From NCBI GenBank assembly GCA_964525755.1, contig CAZGIK010000003.1, forward strand, positions 50,279 to 114,278: a stretch of 64,000 bases of DNA. The letters are read 5' to 3'. Made by a program: the position numbers and the translations under genes. Origin of the DNA: an uncultured Verrucomicrobiota bacterium (GTDB lineage: Bacteria; Verrucomicrobiota; Verrucomicrobiia; Limisphaerales; UBA9464). Positions within the stretch are counted from its first letter, which is position 1. Every line of letters begins with the position of its first letter. Shown here in pieces: positions 1 through 7,373 of this stretch. The notes under the pieces were generated by a model, which ran no database searches, had not been told where the DNA came from, and saw nothing but the letters and a program-made list of their open reading frames with translations.

Positions 1-164
1 GCCGATGGGGGCCATCCGGCGGACGATCGACCGGCTGCCGCCCGGGACCCGGGTGGTGACCGTCCCCGAGTTCTTCGTCCTCCTGGGGCCGCTCGCCCCG
101 GGGCGGGGGAATCCGGGTTCCGGGCCTTGACCGCCGGGTGGCGGAAACAAGACTCGCCGGGCGC

Positions 165-2270
165 ATGGCGTTCGACCTGGAATCCCTGAACCCCGAGCAG
201 CGGGCCGCGGTGGTCACCCACGGCGGGCCGGTGCTGATCCTGGCCGGTGCCGGCACGGGGAAGACCCGGACGCTGACCTGCCGGATCGCGCACATGATCG
301 CGCGGGGCATTCCGCCCGGCCGCCTGCTGGCGGTGACGTTCACCAACAAGGCGGCCCGGGAGATGCAGCAGCGGGTCAACGAGATGGTGCCCCGGCGCCG
401 GGCCGACGAGTCCGGGGAGAAGCCGGAGCGGCCCACCATCTGCACCTTCCACTCGCTGTGCGTCCGGATCCTCCGCCAGCACATCGACCGCCTCGGCTAC
501 AAGCGCAACTTCGTCATCTACGACGCCGGCGACCAGCTCGCGGCGATGCGCAAGGTCCTCAGCACGATCTCCGCGCGGGGTGAGAAGACCGATGCCGGGG
601 CGGTGCTGGCGGTGCTCAGCCGCTACAAGAACTCCGGCCCCGACGCCCGGGTGTTCGCCGACGAGAGCGTCACCGCCCTCGCCCAGATGGTCTCGGCCCG
701 GTACGAGTCGGCCCTCCGGGCCGCCAACGCGGTGGACTTCGACGACCTGATCCTGCTGACCCTGCGGCTGTTCCGGGAGCATCCCGACGCGCTCGAGGCC
801 TGCCGGCAGCGGTGGACCCATGTGATGGTCGACGAGTACCAGGACACCAACGGCACCCAGTTCGAGCTCGTCCAGGCGCTGACCCGGGAGTCGCGTAACC
901 TGTGTGTGGTGGGGGATGACGACCAGTCCATCTACGGGTGGCGCGGGGCGGAGATCGCCAACATCCTCAACCTGGAACAGCACTTCCCCGAGGTCCGGGT
1001 CATCAAGCTCGAGCAGAACTACCGGTCCACCAACACCATCCTCCAGGCCGCCAACGCGGTCATCCGCAACAATCCGATGCGCCGGGGGAAGAACCTCTGG
1101 TCCGCGAAGGGGCAGGGCGGGAAGATCCTCCTGCAGTGCTTCCCTGACGACGAGGAGGAGGCCCGCACGGTGGTGGAGAACATCGAGTACGACCGGCTGG
1201 CCCACCGGGTCGGCTGGGGGCGCCAGGCGATCCTGTTCCGCACCAACCTGCAGTCCCGTCCGATCGAGACCGCCCTGCGCAAGGCGCGGGTCCGGTACCG
1301 GCTGATCGGCGGGCAGAGTTTCTTCGATCGGCGCGAGGTCCGGGACTTCCTCGCCTACGTGAAGACCTTCGTGAACCCGGAGGACGACGTCGCCCTGCTG
1401 CGGATCGCCAACACGCCGGCGCGGGGGTTGAGCGACGTGACCCGGGAGCGGTTGCTCGCGGCCAGTGCGGAGCGCAAGACCAGCGTCTTCCGGGTGATGC
1501 ACCACACCGACGTCCTCGGTTCCTTCCAGACGCGCACCCGCGAGGCCATCGCCGCGTTCACCACGTTCATCGACCGGGTGCGCGAACCCCTGGAGGGGAG
1601 CCATCCCATCTCCCTGGAAGGCTGGGCCCAGGGCTGGCTGGACGAGACCGGCTACCTGGAGGACCTGCGCCGGCAGGAGAAGGATCCCGAGGTGGCGGAG
1701 AACCGGGTGAAGAACCTGCGCGAGATGCTGGCCGACCTCGACGGACCCATCCCCGAGGTTCCCGGGGCGGAGGGGGCGTTGCCCGTCGCCCGTCCACCGG
1801 TGGCCCCGCGGTATCAGGGGAGTCCCCGGGACCGGTTGGACGAGTATCTGGCCGACCTGACCCTGGACCAGGACCGGAGCGACGACGAGACCGATGCCGG
1901 GGACGCGGTGACGCTCATCACGATGCACGCGGCGAAGGGGTTGGAGTACCCGCACGTGCATATCGTGGGGGTCGAGGACGGCCTGTTGCCCCACTCGCGG
2001 AGCAAGGTCGAGGGGACGCTGGACGAGGAGCGTCGGCTCTTCTACGTGGCCATCACCCGGGCGCAGGAGAGCCTGAAGGTGAGCCACTGTGCCGCCCGGA
2101 GGAAGTACGGCCAGAAGCTGCCCTGCCATCCGTCGCCGTTCCTCAACGAGCTGCCGTCCGAGTGCGTGGAGCACGCCGAAGAGGCGGCATCGGCGGTGGT
2201 GGATGCCCAGTCCGGCGACGATTTCTTCGCCCGGATGCGCGCGGCGATCGAGGACGACTCCGAGTCCTGA
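165..2270 (+). CDS. ATP-dependent SF1A DNA helicase, Rep/UvrD/PcrA family
   Basis: Motifs LAGAGTGKT, TFTNKAAREM, VDEYQD, VGDDDQSIYGWRGA, LEQNYRS, TMHAAKGLEY, EERRLFYVAITRA. ATG at 165 chosen over the ORF-track GTG at 138. Confidence 0.93.
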   Translation: MAFDLESLNPEQRAAVVTHGGPVLILAGAGTGKTRTLTCRIAHMIARGIPPGRLLAVTFTNKAAREMQQRVNEMVPRRRADESGEKPERPTICTFHSLCVRILRQHIDRLGYKRNFVIYDAGDQLAAMRKVLSTISARGEKTDAGAVLAVLSRYKNSGPDARVFADESVTALAQMVSARYESALRAANAVDFDDLILLTLRLFREHPDALEACRQRWTHVMVDEYQDTNGTQFELVQALTRESRNLCVVGDDDQSIYGWRGAEIANILNLEQHFPEVRVIKLEQNYRSTNTILQAANAVIRNNPMRRGKNLWSAKGQGGKILLQCFPDDEEEARTVVENIEYDRLAHRVGWGRQAILFRTNLQSRPIETALRKARVRYRLIGGQSFFDRREVRDFLAYVKTFVNPEDDVALLRIANTPARGLSDVTRERLLAASAERKTSVFRVMHHTDVLGSFQTRTREAIAAFTTFIDRVREPLEGSHPISLEGWAQGWLDETGYLEDLRRQEKDPEVAENRVKNLREMLADLDGPIPEVPGAEGALPVARPPVAPRYQGSPRDRLDEYLADLTLDQDRSDDETDAGDAVTLITMHAAKGLEYPHVHIVGVEDGLLPHSRSKVEGTLDEERRLFYVAITRAQESLKVSHCAARRKYGQKLPCHPSPFLNELPSECVEHAEEAASAVVDAQSGDDFFARMRAAIEDDSES

Positions 2271-2301
2271 GGGGGCATCGTCACCCCCGAGAGCCGGACT
2301 G

Positions 2302-2340
2302 GAAACAGAAGGGCCGGCGCGCCGAGGGGCGGGCCGGCCC
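2302..2340 (-). terminator. Probable intrinsic terminator after the PEP-CTERM gene
   Basis: Stem gggccggc (2311-2318) / gccggccc (2333-2340), followed on the minus strand by TTCTGTTTCC. Confidence 0.5.
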
Positions 2341-2363
2341 GTGGAAGACGGGGAGGGCGGGGC

Positions 2364-3314
2364 TCAGCGGCGTCGTCGGAGGCCGAAGCCGAGCAGCGCG
2401 GCCCCGGCGGCCAGCAGGGCGACGGTCCCCGGCTCGGGCACCGCCTCCACCCGGACATTGTCCACCAGGCCGAAGCTCAGGGCCGGGTTGTCGGACACGG
2501 ACGAGAACACGTCCCAGTAGCCGATCCCCACCTGGCCGCCGGCGGCGAGGCTGGAGTCGGTGACCGTGGCGATCGGGAGGCCGTCGATCGACCACTGGAC
2601 CGTATTGCCATCCTTGACCACCTCCACCTGGCGCCAGGCGAGGCCGACGGTCCCCGGATTGAGTCCGCCGGTCTGCTGGGGATGGGCGTCGATCTGGCTC
2701 TGCGGGGCGCCCTGTCCGCCGGGGAAGGCGGTGTGGTAGTAGGCGTTGTTCGCCTCCTGCGGGAAGGTCCCGGTTCCGCCGGCGGCGTAGACCCCGCTGG
2801 CATCATTGAGGGCGGCCCCGTTCAGGTAGGCCCGGTAGTCGGTCGACGAGCCCCCCTCGCCGTCCACGGCGAAGAACGCCCCCGGGGCGCTGCCCGCCTT
2901 GAGGACCGAGGTGCCGTCGGCGCCCACGCCGACCGTCACGAACTCCGTCGAGCCGGCCCCGCCGCCGGGCAGCGGGCCGTTGACGTTGATCCACATGTCG
3001 AACCGGACGATGTAGCTGTCCGGCAGGCTGACGCCGGCGGGGTAGGCGGTGATGCCGGCGGCGGCGGCGGGTGCCTCCATGTTGGCCGTCAGCTTCAGGC
3101 CGAAGGTCGAGCCGGCGGAGTTGGGTGCCGACGGGATGCCATCGGCGCTGTAGTCGTAGCGGAAGAACGCCGCGGTGTCGGCGTCCTGTGCGAGGTTCCA
3201 CGAAGCCGACGAATCGACGTCGAAGGCGTCGGAGAAGTAGACCTGCCCGTGGAGGGCGGGCGCGAGGGCGAGGCCAAGGGCCGCGCAGGCGATCGAGGTT
3301 GGGAGGGTTTTCAT
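2364..3314 (-). CDS. PEP-CTERM sorting-domain protein
   Basis: Signal peptide MKTLPTSIACAALGLALAPALHG; C-terminal VPEPGTVALLAAGAALLGFGLRRRR. Confidence 0.9.
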   Translation of the reverse strand: MKTLPTSIACAALGLALAPALHGQVYFSDAFDVDSSASWNLAQDADTAAFFRYDYSADGIPSAPNSAGSTFGLKLTANMEAPAAAAGITAYPAGVSLPDSYIVRFDMWINVNGPLPGGGAGSTEFVTVGVGADGTSVLKAGSAPGAFFAVDGEGGSSTDYRAYLNGAALNDASGVYAAGGTGTFPQEANNAYYHTAFPGGQGAPQSQIDAHPQQTGGLNPGTVGLAWRQVEVVKDGNTVQWSIDGLPIATVTDSSLAAGGQVGIGYWDVFSSVSDNPALSFGLVDNVRVEAVPEPGTVALLAAGAALLGFGLRRRR

Positions 3315-3369
3315 GGGGCCAGCAGATCGGACCGTTCGATTTGTGCTCCTCCACCCGGGCCGGCGCAAC

Positions 3370-3453
3370 CCGGGAATTCGTCAGGTGGAGTCTCCTTTTG
3401 TTCCCCCGGGCGAGTCTCCTTTTGCTCCCACCCCGACACCCCGGGAATTCGTC
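3370..3453. repeat. Nested direct repeats in the divergent PEP-CTERM/sbtA intergenic region
   Basis: ccgggaattcgtc at 3370-3382 and 3441-3453 brackets gagtctccttttg at 3388-3400 and 3412-3424. Confidence 0.7.
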
Positions 3454-3576
3454 GGGAGCCCATCGGGGGCCGGAGTGCCCGTCCCCGCGGTGGCTCGGTG
3501 GAGGGCGGTTCGCCGGATTCTCCCGGCCGGGCCTTGCCAAAGGGGGTGGGGCTGGGGTGGGGTGACGGGTGTCCGG

Positions 3577-4572
3577 ATGAGTTCCGATCTCCTTGCCGCC
3601 CTCCAGGCCAACCTCCTTTCCCCGGCTTTCCTGTTCTTTCTGCTGGGGGTCGTCGCCACGCTGGTCCGGAGCGATCTCCGCTTTCCCGAGGCGCTGTACC
3701 TGACGCTGACCATCTACCTGCTGGTGGCGATCGGCTTCAAGGGCGGGGTGGCCCTGTCGGAGGCCGGTTGGCGCCGGGTGTGGGCACCGTGCCTGACGGC
3801 CGTCGTGCTCGGGGCCCTGATTCCCCTCTGGGCGTATCCGGTCCTCACCCGGATCGGCCGGCTGTCGGCCGTCGACGCCGCCGCCCTGGCGGCGCACTAC
3901 GGGTCGGTCAGCGCGGTCACCTTCATCGCCGCCACCAACTACCTGCGGCAGGTGAACGTGCCGTTTCCCGGCTATGGATCCGCCTTCCTCGCGGTCATGG
4001 AGGCGCCGGCGATCGTGGTGGGGGTGTTGTTGGGACGCCGGGCCGCGTCGGGCGGCGGCCCGCTCGGGCCGGTGCTCCGTCAATCGCTGCGCGAGGCGTT
4101 CACCGGCCGGTCGGTCCTGCTCCTGGTGGGGGGGCTGGTGATCGGATGGGCCAGCGGTCCGCGGGGCGCCGAGGCGACCGCCGGGTTCCTGGTGACCCCC
4201 TTCCAGGGGATCCTCGCGCTGTTCCTGCTGGAGATGGGGATGGTGGCGGCGCGGCGGTTCGCCGACCTGCGTCGGGTGGGGCCGTTCCTCGTCGGATTCG
4301 GGGTGGTGGCGCCGATCCTGAACGCGGTGATCGGGGTGGTGGCGGGGCGGGTGGCGGGGCTGGACACCGGCGGGGCGATGCTGCTCGGGACCCTGGCGGC
4401 CAGCGCGAGCTACATCGCGGCGCCCGCGGCCATGCGCCTGGCCCTGCCCGAGGCCAATCCCACCCTCTACCTCACCTCCGCCCTGGCGATCACCTTCCCG
4501 TTCAACCTCGCCGTCGGCCTCCCCCTCTACCTGGAACTCGCCCGGCGCATCGTCCCCCCCGTCGTCCCATGA
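3577..4572 (+). CDS. sbtA: Sodium-dependent bicarbonate transport family permease (SbtA-like)
   Basis: N-terminus LLSPAFLFFLLG..SDLRFPE..YLLVAIGFKGG; AAHYGSVSAVTF; ASASYIAAPAAMR; SALAITFPFNL; about 10 hydrophobic helices. Confidence 0.88.
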   Translation: MSSDLLAALQANLLSPAFLFFLLGVVATLVRSDLRFPEALYLTLTIYLLVAIGFKGGVALSEAGWRRVWAPCLTAVVLGALIPLWAYPVLTRIGRLSAVDAAALAAHYGSVSAVTFIAATNYLRQVNVPFPGYGSAFLAVMEAPAIVVGVLLGRRAASGGGPLGPVLRQSLREAFTGRSVLLLVGGLVIGWASGPRGAEATAGFLVTPFQGILALFLLEMGMVAARRFADLRRVGPFLVGFGVVAPILNAVIGVVAGRVAGLDTGGAMLLGTLAASASYIAAPAAMRLALPEANPTLYLTSALAITFPFNLAVGLPLYLELARRIVPPVVP

Positions 4573-4871
4573 AGCTCCATCCCATGAAGCTGGTCACCAT
4601 CGTCTGCGAAGCCCTGGCACGGGAACCGGTCCTCGGCCTCGTCGCCGCAGGCGGCGCGCACGGGTGGACGCTGGGCACCGTGGAGGGTTCGGGGCACCAG
4701 GGGGAACGGATCGCCGACATCCCCGAGTTCGCCAACATCCGGATCGAGGTGATCGTGCCGGCGGCGGTCGCCGAGGTGCTCCTCGACCGGCTGCAGCGGG
4801 AGTTCTTCCCGCGGTACGCGATGGTGGCCTACGAGTCGGACATCCGGGTCCTCCGGCCGGGCAAGTACTGA
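4569..4871 (+). CDS. sbtB: PII-like regulator SbtB
   Basis: MKLHPMKLVTIVCEA..GAHGWT..GSGHQG..NIRIEVIV; ATGA overlap with the sbtA stop. Confidence 0.82.
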   Translation: MKLHPMKLVTIVCEALAREPVLGLVAAGGAHGWTLGTVEGSGHQGERIADIPEFANIRIEVIVPAAVAEVLLDRLQREFFPRYAMVAYESDIRVLRPGKY

Positions 4872-4935
4872 TGGAGGCGCCGGGCCGACGGGATTCCGCT
4901 GGAGTCCGTCGGGTGCCGTCCTAACGTGGGGGCCC

Positions 4936-5625
4936 GTGACGAAGACGTTCGCCGAGACCGGACTCCCCGGCCGCCTGATTGCCGTGGAAGGGCTCGACGG
5001 GTCGGGCAAGTCGACCCAGATCCGTCTGCTCAAGCGGTGGCTGGAGGGGCGGGGGCTCAAGGTGTACTTCAGCGAGTGGAACTCGTCGGCGCTGGTGAAG
5101 AGCGCCACCAGCAAGGGGAAGAAGCAGAACCTGCTGACCCCGACCACCTTCAGCCTGATCCACGCCACCGACTTCGCCGACCGCTACGAGCGTCAGCTCC
5201 TGCCGCTCCTGCGGGCGGGGTATCTGGTCCTGTGCGACCGGTATGTCTTCACCGCGTACGCCCGGGACGTGGTCCGGGGCTGTCAGCCGGCGTGGGTTCG
5301 CGGCGTGTACCGGTTCGCGGCCCGGCCCGACATCACCTTCCTCTTCAAGGCCCGGCTCGACATCTCCCTCGCCCGCATCCTGGACAACCGACCCACCCTG
5401 AAGCACCACGAGGCCGGGATGGATCTCCACCTGTCCCCCGATCCGTACGAGAGCTTCCGCATCTTCCAGGGCCGCATCTTCGAGCAGTACCTGGCCCTCA
5501 GCACCGAGTTCGACTTCGTGGAGGTCGATGCCAACCGCCGGATCGAGGAGCAGCAGGATTTCGTCCGCCAGCTGGTGGCCTCCCGGGTGGACCTCGAGGC
5601 CTTCCGACGGGGGCCTGTCGCCTAG
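4936..5625 (+). CDS. Thymidylate kinase-like protein (copy 1)
   Basis: LIAVEGLDGSGKST P-loop; ATDFAD; LCDRY. Confidence 0.8.
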   Translation: MTKTFAETGLPGRLIAVEGLDGSGKSTQIRLLKRWLEGRGLKVYFSEWNSSALVKSATSKGKKQNLLTPTTFSLIHATDFADRYERQLLPLLRAGYLVLCDRYVFTAYARDVVRGCQPAWVRGVYRFAARPDITFLFKARLDISLARILDNRPTLKHHEAGMDLHLSPDPYESFRIFQGRIFEQYLALSTEFDFVEVDANRRIEEQQDFVRQLVASRVDLEAFRRGPVA

Positions 5626-5642
5626 CCACGATTCCCATTCCC

Positions 5643-6410
5643 ATGCCTGCACGTCCCCCATCAGCGCGAAAGCCCGCCCGTGAACGTCCCGAGCGGGTGG
5701 TCGTTCCCCGGGTCACCCCCAAGCGCTTCCTCGGCTCCGGGCTGCCCGGGGTGGAGCTGGAGAAGCTCAGCGGGAAGCTGATCGTGGTGGAGGGCGCGGA
5801 CGGCTCCGGGCGGTCGACCCAGATCGCCCGGCTCATCACCTGGCTCGAGGACACCGGGCATCACACCGTGCAGGTGGGGCTCAAGCGGTCGACGCTCGTC
5901 AGCGAGGAACTGGAGCAGGCGCAGCAGGGGAACATCCTCAGCCACACCACCCTTTCCCTGTTCTACGCGACCGATTTCGCCGACCAGCTGGAGAACATCA
6001 TCCTCCCGGCCCTTCGGGCGGGTTCCATGGTGCTGGCCGACCGGTACATCTACACCCTCATGGCGCGGGACCTGGTCCGGGGGCTGGATCCGGAGTGGCT
6101 GCGCAACCTGTATGGGATCGCCCTGGTGCCCGACGCGGTGTTCTACCTGGAGGTGCGGCCGGAGGTGCTGGTCCAGCGGGTCCTCGCCAAGACCCAGGCG
6201 CTGGACTACTGGGAAAGCGGGATGGACCTCGGCCTGTCGGGCGACATGTACGACAGCTTTCTCGAGTATCAGGCGCGCATGCGGGACACGTTCCGGCGAC
6301 TCCAGAAAGACCACGGACTCACCCTGGTGGACGGCGAGCGGCCGGTCGTGGAGGTCTTCGGGGAACTGCAGCGGCGCATCGGGCGCCTGCTCAGCGGCCG
6401 GCAGCCCTAG
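5643..6410 (+). CDS. Thymidylate kinase-like protein (copy 2, Walker A Lys replaced by Arg)
   Basis: LIVVEGADGSGRST; ATDFAD; LADRY; paralogue of the upstream gene. Confidence 0.78.
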   Translation: MPARPPSARKPARERPERVVVPRVTPKRFLGSGLPGVELEKLSGKLIVVEGADGSGRSTQIARLITWLEDTGHHTVQVGLKRSTLVSEELEQAQQGNILSHTTLSLFYATDFADQLENIILPALRAGSMVLADRYIYTLMARDLVRGLDPEWLRNLYGIALVPDAVFYLEVRPEVLVQRVLAKTQALDYWESGMDLGLSGDMYDSFLEYQARMRDTFRRLQKDHGLTLVDGERPVVEVFGELQRRIGRLLSGRQP

Positions 6411-6516
6411 CCTGTATTTTTTGATGGGAATTTGGCTCGCAATCCTGTCGTTGAACGGCGATGAAATGGCCTGTGGATGGGCGAGTTAGGGGACAGGTCC
6501 GGGAGGAAATATCCGA

Positions 6517-6544
6517 TTGACTTCTGGGCTCCCCTGCCTAGCCT
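6517..6544 (+). promoter_or_regulatory. Putative sigma-70 promoter for the FecR gene
   Basis: TTGACT (6517-6522), 16-nt spacer, TAGCCT (6539-6544), in an AT-richer intergenic region. Confidence 0.4.
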
Positions 6545-6582
6545 GCCGCTGTTCGTTAACCCAACTCGAAAAAGCTTTCACC

Positions 6583-7299
6583 ATGAAGAAAACTGGAACG
6601 CTTAACCGACTCGCTCTGGCGGGCGTGTTGCTGGCGCTGTCCGGCAGCCTTGCTGTCGCCGCACCGCAAACTGGCAAGGCTGAGGTGACTGCCCTTCGGG
6701 GCACTGCCCAGATTGGCAATGTGGCCGCCAAGGTGGGCGACGTCGCCACCCAAGGTTCGGTCATCACCACGGGTTCGCGCTCCCTGTTGGACCTCTATCT
6801 TGGCGCCAACGGCCCGACCCTTCAGGTTCAGGAGAATTCCTCGCTGACCTTGGCCGAGTTGACCGCTGATGAGTCGGGTCCCGAGCCGGTGGCGAACACC
6901 AAGATCACCCTGACCCAGGGACGGGTGTCCGGGTTCGTCAAGAAGTCCTCTTCCTCCTCGACCTACGTGGTCGAGACCCCGACCACCACGGCGGCCATCC
7001 GCGGGACGACCTATCTGGTCTCCGCCGAGGGTTTTGTCTGGGTCTGGGATGGATGCGTGGAGATCGCGTTCCGCAACCCGAGCAGCCGGGCCTTGCAGAA
7101 CTTCACCGTGTGCGCCGGCCAGATGTTCGACCCGAACATCCCGGGCATCGTGAACAACAACATTCCGTTCCCGCCGGTCCTGTCGCCGTCGAGCCGCCAG
7201 GCGGTGGGTCCCCAGGGGCCGATCGTGAACCTCTCGCCGGTGCGGCCCGCAGGTGGTTCGGCTGGTGAGACGACCCCTGAACCCGTGATCGAGGATTGA
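6583..7299 (+). CDS. Exported FecR-domain protein
   Basis: Signal peptide; GSVITTGSRSLLDL; TKITLTQGRV; YVVETPTTTAAIRGT (FecR-type TP..A.IRGT). Confidence 0.8.
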   Translation: MKKTGTLNRLALAGVLLALSGSLAVAAPQTGKAEVTALRGTAQIGNVAAKVGDVATQGSVITTGSRSLLDLYLGANGPTLQVQENSSLTLAELTADESGPEPVANTKITLTQGRVSGFVKKSSSSSTYVVETPTTTAAIRGTTYLVSAEGFVWVWDGCVEIAFRNPSSRALQNFTVCAGQMFDPNIPGIVNNNIPFPPVLSPSSRQAVGPQGPIVNLSPVRPAGGSAGETTPEPVIED

Positions 7300-7333
7300 G
7301 TTCCTCCATGGCCCGTGACGGGCAATGAGTTTC

Positions 7334-7366
7334 GAAACCCAGGGGAAACCCTGGGTTTCTTTTTTT
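7334..7366 (+). terminator. Strong intrinsic terminator
   Basis: gaaacccaggg-GAAA-ccctgggtttc perfect 11-bp stem followed by a T tract. Confidence 0.85.
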
Positions 7367-7373
7367 CCTGAAC

